Source of the DNA: Bythopirellula sp.
Lineage (GTDB): Bacteria > Planctomycetota > Planctomycetia > Pirellulales > Lacipirellulaceae
Direction of reading: 5' to 3'
Assembly (NCBI GenBank): GCA_965216565.1
Contig: OZ244170.1
Location: forward strand, 1,280,001-1,344,000
Length of the DNA: 64,000 nt
Positions 45,957 through 55,951 of this stretch are shown in pieces (position 1 is the first letter of the stretch; the number at the start of each line of letters is the position of its first letter). The notes below the pieces were generated by a model that was not told the DNA's origin, made no database searches, and saw only the letters and a list, made by a program, of their open reading frames with translations. The translations under genes were made by a program, and so were the position numbers.

Positions 45957-48797
45957 ATGGCTTCTGCTCAAACGTCTGCCAGGCGCAAGCCATATGTTCC
46001 TGCAGTAACCCCACGGTTGCGGGTTTTTCTGACGATCGTTTTTGTATTGGTCGCATTGCTGGGCGCCAATTCGATCTATCTCGTGACCGTGACGATCCTC
46101 GAGGCGATTAGCACGAAGACCTACCAGAACTACTTCTACCAATTCATGTTCCTGGGGCACCTCGTACTGGGGATTCTACTGATCGTCCCATTCTTGGTCT
46201 TCGCTATTCCCCACATGCGAAATACCTGGCAGCGGAAGAATCGCCGTGCCGTGTGGATGGGCTATGCCCTGTTTGGGACCTCTCTCCTACTTCTGGTTTC
46301 CGGGCTGTTGCTCACGCGCGTTGGACCTCTAGAGATCAAAGGGCCCACTAAGCGAGCTGTCATTTACTGGTTGCACGTCATTGCCCCTTTGGTTGTCGTC
46401 TGGCTCTATTGGCTACACCGGCTAGCGGGGCCGCGTATCAAGTGGAAGTTGGGGCTCGGGTATCTGTTGTTTGTTGGATTCCTGGGGGCCACGATGATTG
46501 GGTTTCAGAATTCTGACCCGCGAAACTGGTACCAAATCGGATCTCCCGAGGGTACCAAGTACTTTGAGCCTTCCCTTGCCAGAACAGCCAATGGAAAATT
46601 TATTTCAGGGGAAGCGTTGGACAATAACGCCTACTGCCAGGAATGTCATGCCGACGTCCATCAAGGTTGGGCTGAGAGTGCCCACCGATTTAGCTCGTTC
46701 AACAACCCCGCCTACCTGGCAAGTGTGCGCGAGACTCGGCAGTTTTCGCTGACCCGGGATGGGGACGTGCGTCGGTCGAGATTTTGCGCTGGCTGCCACG
46801 ATCCCGTTCCCTTCTTCTCCGGTCAGTTTGATGACCCCAACTTCGACGATGTTCGCAATCCAACCGCCCATGCCGGGATCACCTGCACCGTGTGTCATGC
46901 CATTACCAACATCAATAGCCCGCGCGGCAATGCCGATTACACCATCGAAGAGCCGCTCCACTACCCGTTCGCATATAGCGAAAACGAATTGCTGCAGTGG
47001 CTAAACCGGCAACTGATTAAAGCGAAACCTTCTTTTCACAAAAAGACTTTCCTGAAGCCGTTTCACGAGTCGGCTGAGTTCTGTAGCACTTGTCACAAAG
47101 TACATCTTCCGCAAGAACTCAACGATTACAAATTCTTGCGTGGCCAGAACCACTACGATTCTTTTTTGCTCAGCGGAGTCTCAGGGCATGGTTCGCGAAG
47201 TTTCTACTATCCAAAGCAAGCGGAAGAGAACTGCAACGATTGCCATATGCCTTTAACCGAGTCGGATGACTTTGGGGCACGCATTTACCCAGGAAGCGAC
47301 TCGTTGAGTGTCCACGATCATTTGTTCCCTGGCGGTAACACGGCGCTGCCTCATTGGCGCAAGAATGAGGAAATCGTGAACCGGCAACAGGATATCTTGG
47401 AAGGATCCGTGCGTGTCGACATCTTTGGAGTTCGGGAAGAAGGCAGAATCGACGGCGAGCTGACAGCGCCACTTCGGCCAGAATCAAAGGTATTGGCACC
47501 TGGCTCGACTTACCTGTTCGAAGTCGTGGTCCGAACTTTGAAACTAGGGCATTTATTCACACAGGGAACGGCTGATTCCAACGAAGTCTGGCTGGAAGTT
47601 ACCCTCAAGAGCGGGGATCAGGTCATTGGCCAAAGCGGTAAGATCGACGATTCCTCTCGTGTCGATCCTTGGTCTCATTTCATCAATGTCTTCATGCTCG
47701 ATCGTGAAGGGAATCGGATCGCCCAGCGGAATGCAGAAGACATCTTCGTTCCTCTCTACAATCATCAAATTCCGCCCGGAGCGGGGCAGACAGTTCACTA
47801 TCAGGCAACTATCCCTGCAGAGGCTACTGAACCAATCGTCCTAGAGGTGAAACTCAAGTATCGAAAGTTTGATCGAGACTTTGTTGCTTTCATGGCTAAG
47901 ACACTAGCTCCTGAGGAACTTCCGCGAGGCATCAAGGAAGCCGAAGGCAGGATTGTGAATTCGTTGCCCGTCACCACTTTGGCCAATGATCGTATTGAGT
48001 TTTCTATCGAAGGGCAGGATGAACTGGCCGCAAATCCCGCCCGAAATATTCCTGACTGGCAACGATGGAATGATTACGGCATCGGTTTGTTGCTGAAGGG
48101 TCGGGGGCAGCTTCGCCAGGCGGAGGATGCTTTCACAGAAGTCGAAACGCTAGGTCGGTACGATGGACCGTTGAATCTTGCTCGAGTCTATTTCTCAGAG
48201 GGCCGACTCGACGAAGCGGTCGCTGCCATTGAACGAGCAGTCGAGCACAAGAGTCCCGCTGCACCCCCGTGGACCATGGCCTGGCTAAGCGGAATCGTCA
48301 ATCGGCAACAGGGACATCTTGAGAGTGCAATTAAGAACTTTCAAGCTGTGCTCTCCAAGCCAAACCAGGCGATGCGTTCTCGCAACTTCGACTTCCGATT
48401 AGACTATGAGGTGATCAATCTGCTTGGTCAAACTCTTTTTGAACGTGCTCGGCAACTACGCGGCAAGCAAAACAGTACTCTTCGGCAAGCACTCTTCGAG
48501 CAGGCAGAAGAACAGTTCCTGACCACTTTGGTGATCGATCCGGAGAATGTCGACGCGCACTACGGCTTGAACCGACTTTATACGGCAATGGGCAAGAGTG
48601 AGCTTTCACTGAAACACCAGCAGCTTCACGAGAAGTATCGTCCTGACGATAATGCGCGCGACCAGGCTGTAAGAGCCGCCCGGCAGAAGTACCCCGCTGC
48701 AAACCATGCGGCTGAAGCGGTAGTGATTTACGATCTGCAAAGGCCGAGTGAGCAGCTTGAGAGAGAGGCTGGCGTTGGTAATTCCGCCAGCAAATAA
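45957..48797 (+). CDS. Membrane-bound multiheme cytochrome c (5 CxxCH) with TPR tail
   Basis: N-terminal TMs with His; CQECH, CAGCH, CTVCH, CSTCH, CNDCH; TPRs. Confidence 0.9.
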   Translation: MASAQTSARRKPYVPAVTPRLRVFLTIVFVLVALLGANSIYLVTVTILEAISTKTYQNYFYQFMFLGHLVLGILLIVPFLVFAIPHMRNTWQRKNRRAVWMGYALFGTSLLLLVSGLLLTRVGPLEIKGPTKRAVIYWLHVIAPLVVVWLYWLHRLAGPRIKWKLGLGYLLFVGFLGATMIGFQNSDPRNWYQIGSPEGTKYFEPSLARTANGKFISGEALDNNAYCQECHADVHQGWAESAHRFSSFNNPAYLASVRETRQFSLTRDGDVRRSRFCAGCHDPVPFFSGQFDDPNFDDVRNPTAHAGITCTVCHAITNINSPRGNADYTIEEPLHYPFAYSENELLQWLNRQLIKAKPSFHKKTFLKPFHESAEFCSTCHKVHLPQELNDYKFLRGQNHYDSFLLSGVSGHGSRSFYYPKQAEENCNDCHMPLTESDDFGARIYPGSDSLSVHDHLFPGGNTALPHWRKNEEIVNRQQDILEGSVRVDIFGVREEGRIDGELTAPLRPESKVLAPGSTYLFEVVVRTLKLGHLFTQGTADSNEVWLEVTLKSGDQVIGQSGKIDDSSRVDPWSHFINVFMLDREGNRIAQRNAEDIFVPLYNHQIPPGAGQTVHYQATIPAEATEPIVLEVKLKYRKFDRDFVAFMAKTLAPEELPRGIKEAEGRIVNSLPVTTLANDRIEFSIEGQDELAANPARNIPDWQRWNDYGIGLLLKGRGQLRQAEDAFTEVETLGRYDGPLNLARVYFSEGRLDEAVAAIERAVEHKSPAAPPWTMAWLSGIVNRQQGHLESAIKNFQAVLSKPNQAMRSRNFDFRLDYEVINLLGQTLFERARQLRGKQNSTLRQALFEQAEEQFLTTLVIDPENVDAHYGLNRLYTAMGKSELSLKHQQLHEKYRPDDNARDQAVRAARQKYPAANHAAEAVVIYDLQRPSEQLEREAGVGNSASK

Positions 48798-48824
48798 CAT
48801 CTATTAATAACTGAGGGCAATGCG

Positions 48825-50660
48825 TTGATTCCCCCACAAGAACCCGACGATACGACCCAAGACGATGCCATCATCGGCCAGGCTTTCAAGTGGTCGCTGA
48901 TTGTTTTCGTATCGGTAGCTGCTGTGGTAGGAGCAATCGTTTGGTTTTATCGCGCGGGAAGTGAACCTGTTGAGGAAAGTCAACCGGAGGTCTCGTTACC
49001 GGAAGTACGAAGCCAGGCGATTGAGACTGTCCCCGATTTGCCATTCACAAATGTTACTGACGCAGCGGGCATCACTTTTGTTCACGAAAACGGTGCTGTG
49101 GGTGAAAAGCTCCTTCCAGAAACCATGGGGGGAGGAGTGGCTTTCTTGGACTACGACAGTGACGGCGATCAAGACCTTCTCTTGGTGAACTCTTCGGTGT
49201 GGGATGACGTCTCGCCTGACAACCGGCCAACAACTGCCCTGTTCGAAAACGATGGTCTCGGACAATTCACCGATGTTAGCGTTCAGGCTGGGATTGATGT
49301 GAATTGCTATGGCATGGGGGTCGCTGTTGGCGACTACGATAATGACGGCGATCCAGACGTATTTATCTCTGCCGTGGGATATAACATTCTGCTGCGAAAC
49401 GATAACGCTGTTTTTGTTGATGTCTCAAAGGAAGCTAGAGTGCAAGGCGAGGAAGATCGCTGGAGCACCAGTAGTGGCTGGCTAGACTACGATAACGATG
49501 GCGATTTGGACTTGCTGGTGGGCAACTATGTGCAATGGTCCGCCGAAATTGATCGTGCGCAAGATTTTCGCTTGACCGGCATCGGTAGAGCCTATGGCCC
49601 CCCTTTTTCCTTTCAGGGCACATTTCCCTACCTCTATCGCAACGAAGGCGATGGCACTTTCACTGATGTATCTACACCCAGCGGCATCCAGGTTAAAAAC
49701 GAGGCCACGGGCGTACCGCTCGCAAAGACCTTGGGGGTCGCGATTGTCGATGTGAACCACGATGGCTGGGTCGACATCGTACTTGCCAACGATACCGTCC
49801 AGAATCAATTGCTGGTCAATCAGCAAGATGGAACTTTCGTTGACGATGGTATCGCCTCTGGAATTGCTTTCGATGCCAGCGGTAAGGCACGCGGTGCAAT
49901 GGGAATCGACGTCGGTTGCTTCCGAAACGACGATTGTCTGGCGATCGCCATTGGTAACTTTGCAAACGAGATGAGCGCACTTTATGTCTCAGACGGAACG
50001 GACGTCGTGTTTACTGATGACGCCATTCCGAGTGGACTTGGCCCTCAAACTCGTAGCGACCTCTGCTTCGGACTATTCTTCTTTGACGTCGATTTGGATG
50101 GACGGCTAGATCTATTCGCGGCCAATGGGCATCTAGAGGACGACATCAATCTGGTGCAAAAAAGTCAGTACTACCAGCAGCCTCCCAAGTTGTTCTGGAA
50201 CGCCGGATTCAGCGGCGATACTGAGTTTGTAGCCGTATCCAAATCAAACATGGCAGACCTGGCCAGTGCCTTGGTGGGCAGAGGCGCGGCCTATGCCGAC
50301 ATCGATGCCGACGGAGATCTAGATATCGTCATTACACAAGTCGATGGTCCTCCCGCTGTGTTGAGAAACGATCAACAAACGAACCATCATTTTTTGCGAC
50401 TAAAGCTAGTCGGTGAAACTTGCAATCGCGATGCAGTCGGCGCCTGGGTCGAAGTGCGGCAAGGAGAACAGACTCTAAAGCGTCGAGTGATGCCCACGCG
50501 CAGCTACTTGTCACAGGTGGAATTGCCGGTGACAATTGGGCTGGGCAATGATCCAAGCGTTGATGAAGTACGCGTGCATTGGCCTGGCGGAAACATGCAG
50601 ACCGTAGAGGATATTGTCTTGGACGGCTTAACAATCGTGAGACAGCAGACCGATGAATAA
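48825..50660 (+). CDS. CRTAC1 family protein (FG-GAP + ASPIC/UnbV)
   Basis: ETMGGGVAFLDYDSDGD, multiple DxDxDG repeats, NRDAVGA, SYLSQ, WPGG. Confidence 0.92.
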   Translation: MIPPQEPDDTTQDDAIIGQAFKWSLIVFVSVAAVVGAIVWFYRAGSEPVEESQPEVSLPEVRSQAIETVPDLPFTNVTDAAGITFVHENGAVGEKLLPETMGGGVAFLDYDSDGDQDLLLVNSSVWDDVSPDNRPTTALFENDGLGQFTDVSVQAGIDVNCYGMGVAVGDYDNDGDPDVFISAVGYNILLRNDNAVFVDVSKEARVQGEEDRWSTSSGWLDYDNDGDLDLLVGNYVQWSAEIDRAQDFRLTGIGRAYGPPFSFQGTFPYLYRNEGDGTFTDVSTPSGIQVKNEATGVPLAKTLGVAIVDVNHDGWVDIVLANDTVQNQLLVNQQDGTFVDDGIASGIAFDASGKARGAMGIDVGCFRNDDCLAIAIGNFANEMSALYVSDGTDVVFTDDAIPSGLGPQTRSDLCFGLFFFDVDLDGRLDLFAANGHLEDDINLVQKSQYYQQPPKLFWNAGFSGDTEFVAVSKSNMADLASALVGRGAAYADIDADGDLDIVITQVDGPPAVLRNDQQTNHHFLRLKLVGETCNRDAVGAWVEVRQGEQTLKRRVMPTRSYLSQVELPVTIGLGNDPSVDEVRVHWPGGNMQTVEDIVLDGLTIVRQQTDE

Positions 50661-51624
50661 GCTCATTGAAGATCGTTTTGCAGAGAAGACGACCGCTCAC
50701 ATTCGAGAATTGGCGAAGTCGAGCCCGGCCATGCGGGCTATGTATCTATTCGATGAGGAGCACGAAAATCACCCTGCAAACCGCGATGTCGATTTGTTTC
50801 TCGAAAAGCAACTTACGCAGACCAAAGGGGTCGTCTACAAATATCCTGGGCGAGTGATCATTCTGCTCAGCTATACCTGCGCTGCGAATTGTCGATACTG
50901 CGAGCGGCAAGATCGCGTTGGAGTGGGTCTAGACGCACAAGGTCGGCTCACAGAAGCAGAAATCGAACGGGCGGCTACATTTGTTGCCGAACACGAAGAG
51001 ATTTCCGAAGTTATCTTTAGCGGGGGCGATCCACTAACTCACCCGACGGGCCTGGCCCTGGCGGCGAAGCTTATCGCAGACATTCCTCACGTTCGCATTC
51101 TACGCGTCCACACGCGTTATCCGTTGCAGTTGCCCGAGAGGGTCGATTTCGAATTGATTGAGCAGCTCGAGGCATTGCCACCGACCTTTTATCTTAGCCT
51201 CCACATCGATCACCCTGACGAACTCACCCCAGAGACGGAGCTTGTGATCGAGAGACTGCGGAGAACGGGTGCAATCTTGATCTGTCAGTCCGTATTTCTG
51301 AAGGGTGTTAACGACAACGTAGAAACACTAGCCAGGCTGTTTACTCGCCTCGCGGAATTGGGCGTGCGGCCGTATTACATCTATCATTGTCATCCAATCG
51401 CCACGACGATGCGTTTTGTGATGCCACTTGCCGATGAGATTGCCATCATGAGCCGGCTTCGCGAGCGGATTAGTGGCATCGCTTGCCCTCAGCACATATT
51501 TGAAATGAGGCATACGACAGGCAAGTTGGTTGTACCCACAGATCATTGGGACGTAAACTTGGCGGAAGTAAGAGATTTTCAAGCGAACACGATCGATGTT
51601 GATAAAAGTGCCTTAGAGGTCTAG
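50653..51624 (+). CDS. KamA-family radical SAM aminomutase-like protein
   Basis: YPGRV, CAANCRYCER, SGGDPL, HIDHP, QSVFLKGVND, VRPYYIY, GK PLP lysine. Confidence 0.88.
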   Translation: MNKLIEDRFAEKTTAHIRELAKSSPAMRAMYLFDEEHENHPANRDVDLFLEKQLTQTKGVVYKYPGRVIILLSYTCAANCRYCERQDRVGVGLDAQGRLTEAEIERAATFVAEHEEISEVIFSGGDPLTHPTGLALAAKLIADIPHVRILRVHTRYPLQLPERVDFELIEQLEALPPTFYLSLHIDHPDELTPETELVIERLRRTGAILICQSVFLKGVNDNVETLARLFTRLAELGVRPYYIYHCHPIATTMRFVMPLADEIAIMSRLRERISGIACPQHIFEMRHTTGKLVVPTDHWDVNLAEVRDFQANTIDVDKSALEV

Positions 51625-51628
51625 CCCA

Positions 51629-52162
51629 TTGATCCAGCCTGATAACGGACTCATCGATTCTTGCTCACACCAAGAGTGTGGGTACGCGTGTTGTGACTTT
51701 GGCGCCAATAATTATATCGCACTTTATCCAGGCGAAATCGCAGAGGCGATTGATCGTGGCCAGTCACTGAGCCATCTCGATTACGTTGCCGATGGACGTG
51801 GGGGCCACCGAGCCGTTTGTCGCGCCAAGGACCGAAGTGATTGCGACGGCGGCTATAAGCCCCTCGATTGTTCCTCGTACCCTCTTTTCCCGGTAGTGGG
51901 AGAAACCGGAATTCTGGAACTTGGGCTCAAGGGGGAGAAGTGTCCGTTACAGCACTTTCATCTCCGCGATCACGGTGCCTGGGTCCTTCGGAAATGGCGA
52001 GAATTATTGGAGACCGTCCCCATGCTCGGAGAGTGGATCCGGCGTACAGATTTAGTGGGATACATCACCTGGAGCGAATCCCCTGAGGTGGCCAGCGCCC
52101 ATGCCTTAAGCAAAGATCCAGACGATGCGCTTGTGAAAGAGTGCTCGTCGGAGTCAAGTTGA
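51629..52162 (+). CDS. Cys-rich protein, YkgJ/CxxCxxCC-like metal or Fe-S cluster protein
   Basis: CSHQECGYACC, C-x7-C, KPLDCSSYP, KCPL. Confidence 0.7.
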   Translation: MIQPDNGLIDSCSHQECGYACCDFGANNYIALYPGEIAEAIDRGQSLSHLDYVADGRGGHRAVCRAKDRSDCDGGYKPLDCSSYPLFPVVGETGILELGLKGEKCPLQHFHLRDHGAWVLRKWRELLETVPMLGEWIRRTDLVGYITWSESPEVASAHALSKDPDDALVKECSSESS

Positions 52163-52278
52163 CTATCCTCTTCTTTTCCAACATAGACGCTCCAAAAGCT
52201 TCGGGTTAAAGTGAGGGGAGCGCTACTTAGCCACTTCTTCGAGCCTTATTTTAACTGTCGATCCACCCTCACTGGTTC

Positions 52279-54096
52279 ATGGAAACTTCAATGCATTGTT
52301 GCCAACGACTTGTTTTGCTGCTTACGCTCTCAGCCGCGATAGTGGGGTGCCAGCAAAACGAAGGCCGCAAGCCTGAACTTGACTTGCCTATCGAAAAGAC
52401 AGCCAGCAAGGATCAGCAATCAGAGCAAGAAACAACAACGGAGACGCCTCCCGCCCAATCGGAAGGCAGCAAACCAGTTGATTCGAAGGATGAAGCACTG
52501 CTGATTGAAGTCACCGAACAACTTGGCCTCGATAGCAATATAGAACGCTGGCCGGACGGTGCTCACCTCACTCCTGAAATCACACCCGGTGGCGTCGCCC
52601 TCTTGGATTTCGATCAAGATGGCGATCTTGACATCTACCAGATTCGGCATGGCAAACCTGCCGAGATGCCGGGTGCCTTCCAGGATCCAGCGCCCAACCG
52701 TCTCTTTCGCCAGGAACCGGACGGCACCTTTAGCGAAGTCCCAGAGGCAGCCGGTTTAGCAGATCCCGGCTATGGGCATGGCTGCGCCGTTGGCGATATC
52801 GACAACGACGGAGACGTAGATGTGTTTGTAACAAATTATGGAGCCAATCGACTTTATCAGAATGAGGGAGGGACGTTCCGCGACATCACTGAGCAAGCCG
52901 GCATCGAGGGCGAACATTGGAGTTCGGCCTCCGCGTTTTTTGATTACGACCGCGACGGGCTACTCGATCTGTTTGTTGTGCACTTCGGAGTGTTCGACCC
53001 CACTCGCCGTTGCGATGCAGCGGGAAAACCGGGAACCGCGGATTATTGCGGACCCCACTTATTCCAAGGCGTGACCGACCAACTTTACCGCAACAATGGT
53101 GACGGCACATTCACCGACATTACCGCGGCGGTTGGTATTACAACGGCAGCACGCGGCTGGGGAGTAATTTGTGCTGATTTGAACGCCGATGGTTGGGCCG
53201 ACATTTACGTGTGCAACGACGAAGAGCCGAATCAGTTGTGGATCAATGACAAAGAGGGAGGATTCTACGATGAAGCCATGCTCTCCGGAGTGGCAGTCAA
53301 TGGATTTGGACGCGTGGAAGCAAGTATGGGGGTCACAGTAGGTGACGTGAATGCAGATGGGAAATTTGATCTATTTATGACACACGTTGCCAGCGAGACA
53401 AACACGCTCTATACGCTAACTGGCGAAGACTTGTACGACGATGAGACCTCTATGGCAGGAATGGGGTCAGTCGACTTGCCCTACACCGGATGGGGTTGTG
53501 GTCTGTTAGACATTGATCACGACGCAGACCTCGACCTGGCAATCGGAAATGGTCGCGTCGCTATCGGGCCTGTTCTGAAGGGAGCCGATTTGGGCCCCTT
53601 CTGGAATCGCTATGCGGAGCCGAACTTGCTTTTTCTTAATGATGGATCGGGAAGCTTCTCCAACGTCAGCAATCAGTCCGGTTCGTTTGCTGGCGTTCCC
53701 AGGATGACGCGTGGTCTTGCCTTTGGCGATTTAGATAATGACGGCGATATCGATTTGGTCACCAATAGCATCGATAACCACCTAAACGTATTTCGGAACG
53801 AAGCCCCTCAGCCTGGCACTCACTGGCTTCAACTCAGGCTTATGACAGGCAAACGCGACGCCATTGGTGCCCGAGTGCGACTGACTACCGACTCGGGTGA
53901 ACAAGTACGCTTCATGTTGCGAGCTTACAGTTATCTTGCCAGCAACGATCCCCGTGTCCACTTCGGATTAGGGCAGAACCAGAAAATTAAGTCGCTGGAG
54001 ATTCTTTGGCCCGACGGTGAACAAGAGCGATTTTCGCCGACCGAGATCGATCAAGTGGTGACTCTTAACCAAGGTCTAGGTGAGCCAATTCCTTAG
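52279..54096 (+). CDS. CRTAC1 family lipoprotein (FG-GAP + ASPIC/UnbV)
   Basis: Lipobox IVGC, GGVALLDFDQDGD, RDAIGARV, SYLAS, HFGLG, WPDG. Confidence 0.92.
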   Translation: METSMHCCQRLVLLLTLSAAIVGCQQNEGRKPELDLPIEKTASKDQQSEQETTTETPPAQSEGSKPVDSKDEALLIEVTEQLGLDSNIERWPDGAHLTPEITPGGVALLDFDQDGDLDIYQIRHGKPAEMPGAFQDPAPNRLFRQEPDGTFSEVPEAAGLADPGYGHGCAVGDIDNDGDVDVFVTNYGANRLYQNEGGTFRDITEQAGIEGEHWSSASAFFDYDRDGLLDLFVVHFGVFDPTRRCDAAGKPGTADYCGPHLFQGVTDQLYRNNGDGTFTDITAAVGITTAARGWGVICADLNADGWADIYVCNDEEPNQLWINDKEGGFYDEAMLSGVAVNGFGRVEASMGVTVGDVNADGKFDLFMTHVASETNTLYTLTGEDLYDDETSMAGMGSVDLPYTGWGCGLLDIDHDADLDLAIGNGRVAIGPVLKGADLGPFWNRYAEPNLLFLNDGSGSFSNVSNQSGSFAGVPRMTRGLAFGDLDNDGDIDLVTNSIDNHLNVFRNEAPQPGTHWLQLRLMTGKRDAIGARVRLTTDSGEQVRFMLRAYSYLASNDPRVHFGLGQNQKIKSLEILWPDGEQERFSPTEIDQVVTLNQGLGEPIP

Positions 54097-54205
54097 AGCG
54101 TTTAGCATGTGTTCTTGGGATCGTCAGCGGAAAGACAGCGACTATAATGGAGGAAGCGTGGTTCTTTCCTACTTTTCTTGAGCTCAGAGGCGATTCACGA
54201 CTTCT

Positions 54206-55417
54206 ATGCTATTGCGATCAATCCAGCTAATACTGCTTTCTGTTTCTTTTTTGTTGGTAGCCTTTCAAGCTCCTTTGTCGATCTCGGCGCCTCTCGAAAC
54301 GACGCCGAACCAGTCGGACTCAAAGAGCGAACCGAGGGCAATAACGGAATTGCACCAACAGGCAATTGCTCTCTACCGCGAGGGAGAAATTGCAAAGGCC
54401 GAAACACTGTTTCGCAAGATTCTGAAGAAGGATCCCAGATTTGTCCCGGCCCGATCCGATCTTGGAGCCCTGCTCGTCGGCCAGGGGCGTATGCAGGAAG
54501 GCATGGCTCATTACCAACTTGTTGCCCTCAAGTTGCTCCCAGACAATCCGACTGCTCGTTACAAATATGCACTAGTACTCTTGAAAATGCGTCGCGACGC
54601 CGAAGCAGTCAAAGAGCTGAAGAACACTCTTCAACTAGATCCGGAGTATGAGGTCGCACGACGAAATCTACTCAAGGTCCTGCTCCAGAATAATGAGTTC
54701 ATGCAGGCCTCTCAGATTTCAGCTGCGGGAGTCGAGCTTCATCCGGAAGATGGATCGTTTCACAATGACCATGGTGTCGTACTTATGAAGCTAGGGAAGT
54801 TTCCTGAAGCAGCAAGAAGCTTTCGCAAGGCCGTTGAGCTGAATGCAGAGCATCCCGATGCCCACTACAATCTGGGACTTTCGCTGAACGAGCAGTGGAA
54901 GTTGGAGGAATCAGCCGAGCAACTGCGTGCAGCCCTCAAGTTACAACCCGACTATATTGATGCCCTCTACAATCTGGGGCTCGTGTACGCTCGTATGGGA
55001 GACGTCGAGAATGCACGTGATTCATTGGGGAAAGCGATCGAACTAAAGCCTAATTACTATTTGGCTCACCATGAGCTAGGTATGTTGGCTATGCGAGAGG
55101 AGGATTATCGCACCGCTGTGAGACATTTTACCGAGGCACTGCGCCATCAGCCTGGATCTCGGAAAAGCCAGTATCAATTAGGACTCGTGATGATGAAAAT
55201 GGGCAAACCGAAGTTGGCCATACCACAGTTCCAGGGGGTATTGAATCGCTCCGGAAGCAATGCCGACGCACGTTTCCAAATGGGACTCGCTTTGGACCAG
55301 GTTGGACGCCCACAGGATGCTCTGGCTCAATTCCGCGAGGCGCTCTGGCTACGACCAGACTGGAAAGAGGTGGAGGAAAGAATCTCGCAGATTGAGAACG
55401 GGACTGAAGATCAATAA
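54206..55417 (+). CDS. Secreted TPR repeat protein
   Basis: Signal peptide and about 9 TPRs (AHYNLG, ALYNLG etc.). Confidence 0.88.
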   Translation: MLLRSIQLILLSVSFLLVAFQAPLSISAPLETTPNQSDSKSEPRAITELHQQAIALYREGEIAKAETLFRKILKKDPRFVPARSDLGALLVGQGRMQEGMAHYQLVALKLLPDNPTARYKYALVLLKMRRDAEAVKELKNTLQLDPEYEVARRNLLKVLLQNNEFMQASQISAAGVELHPEDGSFHNDHGVVLMKLGKFPEAARSFRKAVELNAEHPDAHYNLGLSLNEQWKLEESAEQLRAALKLQPDYIDALYNLGLVYARMGDVENARDSLGKAIELKPNYYLAHHELGMLAMREEDYRTAVRHFTEALRHQPGSRKSQYQLGLVMMKMGKPKLAIPQFQGVLNRSGSNADARFQMGLALDQVGRPQDALAQFREALWLRPDWKEVEERISQIENGTEDQ

Positions 55418-55425
55418 CGGGATCG

Positions 55426-55854
55426 CTATTTAGCATCCGATTGCAAATTGATATCGATCACGTTGCTTCCCTCCTCAATGGTATACTCCAGACCGGAAGT
55501 TTCTGTGTTCCCGTATTGCCTTGGTACCAAATACTCTCCTGGCATAGGCAGTCCTCCACCCTCTGGCTTGACAACCTCTCGTGCAGAAATGGCTACCTTG
55601 TAGTGGCCAGTATCGAGGCCAGTTTCTCTATTGGTTCTCACTTCGTAGCTACCATCGCTCTCAATCAGAGCAGTAGCTCTCATGCCTTGCCCGGAGGGCA
55701 CAAATGCGATCGTCCCTGTGTCTAACGGCACTCCGTCGACTGAAACCGTTCCAGAAACCTGGGCTGGTTTGCCACCGCACCCAGAGAAGGGAACAAGCAA
55801 CAACACTAGAGCAACTGGCAGACACGATGCTGTGAGTGGATGAGGAAACTGCAT
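55426..55854 (-). CDS. Planctomycete carboxypeptidase-regulatory-like lipoprotein (DUF1559 partner)
   Basis: FSGCGG lipobox, VSGTVSVDGVPL, G.YKVAI, VP..Y....TSGL. Confidence 0.88.
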   Translation of the reverse strand: MQFPHPLTASCLPVALVLLLVPFSGCGGKPAQVSGTVSVDGVPLDTGTIAFVPSGQGMRATALIESDGSYEVRTNRETGLDTGHYKVAISAREVVKPEGGGLPMPGEYLVPRQYGNTETSGLEYTIEEGSNVIDINLQSDAK

Positions 55855-55951
55855 TAGAAACCAACCGTAGAGACGCTATCTTGATTCTCAGGGCCCGGAT
55901 GTGAACCTACACCCGTTGAATGCCTGCTAGATTATCGCCTTTTTCACGCCT

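Noticed and set aside
50653..51624. EF-P beta-lysylation EpmB or N-acetyl-beta-lysine AblA assignment
   Set aside because: No efp, epmA or ablB neighbour, and the lysine-binding Asp positions are altered.
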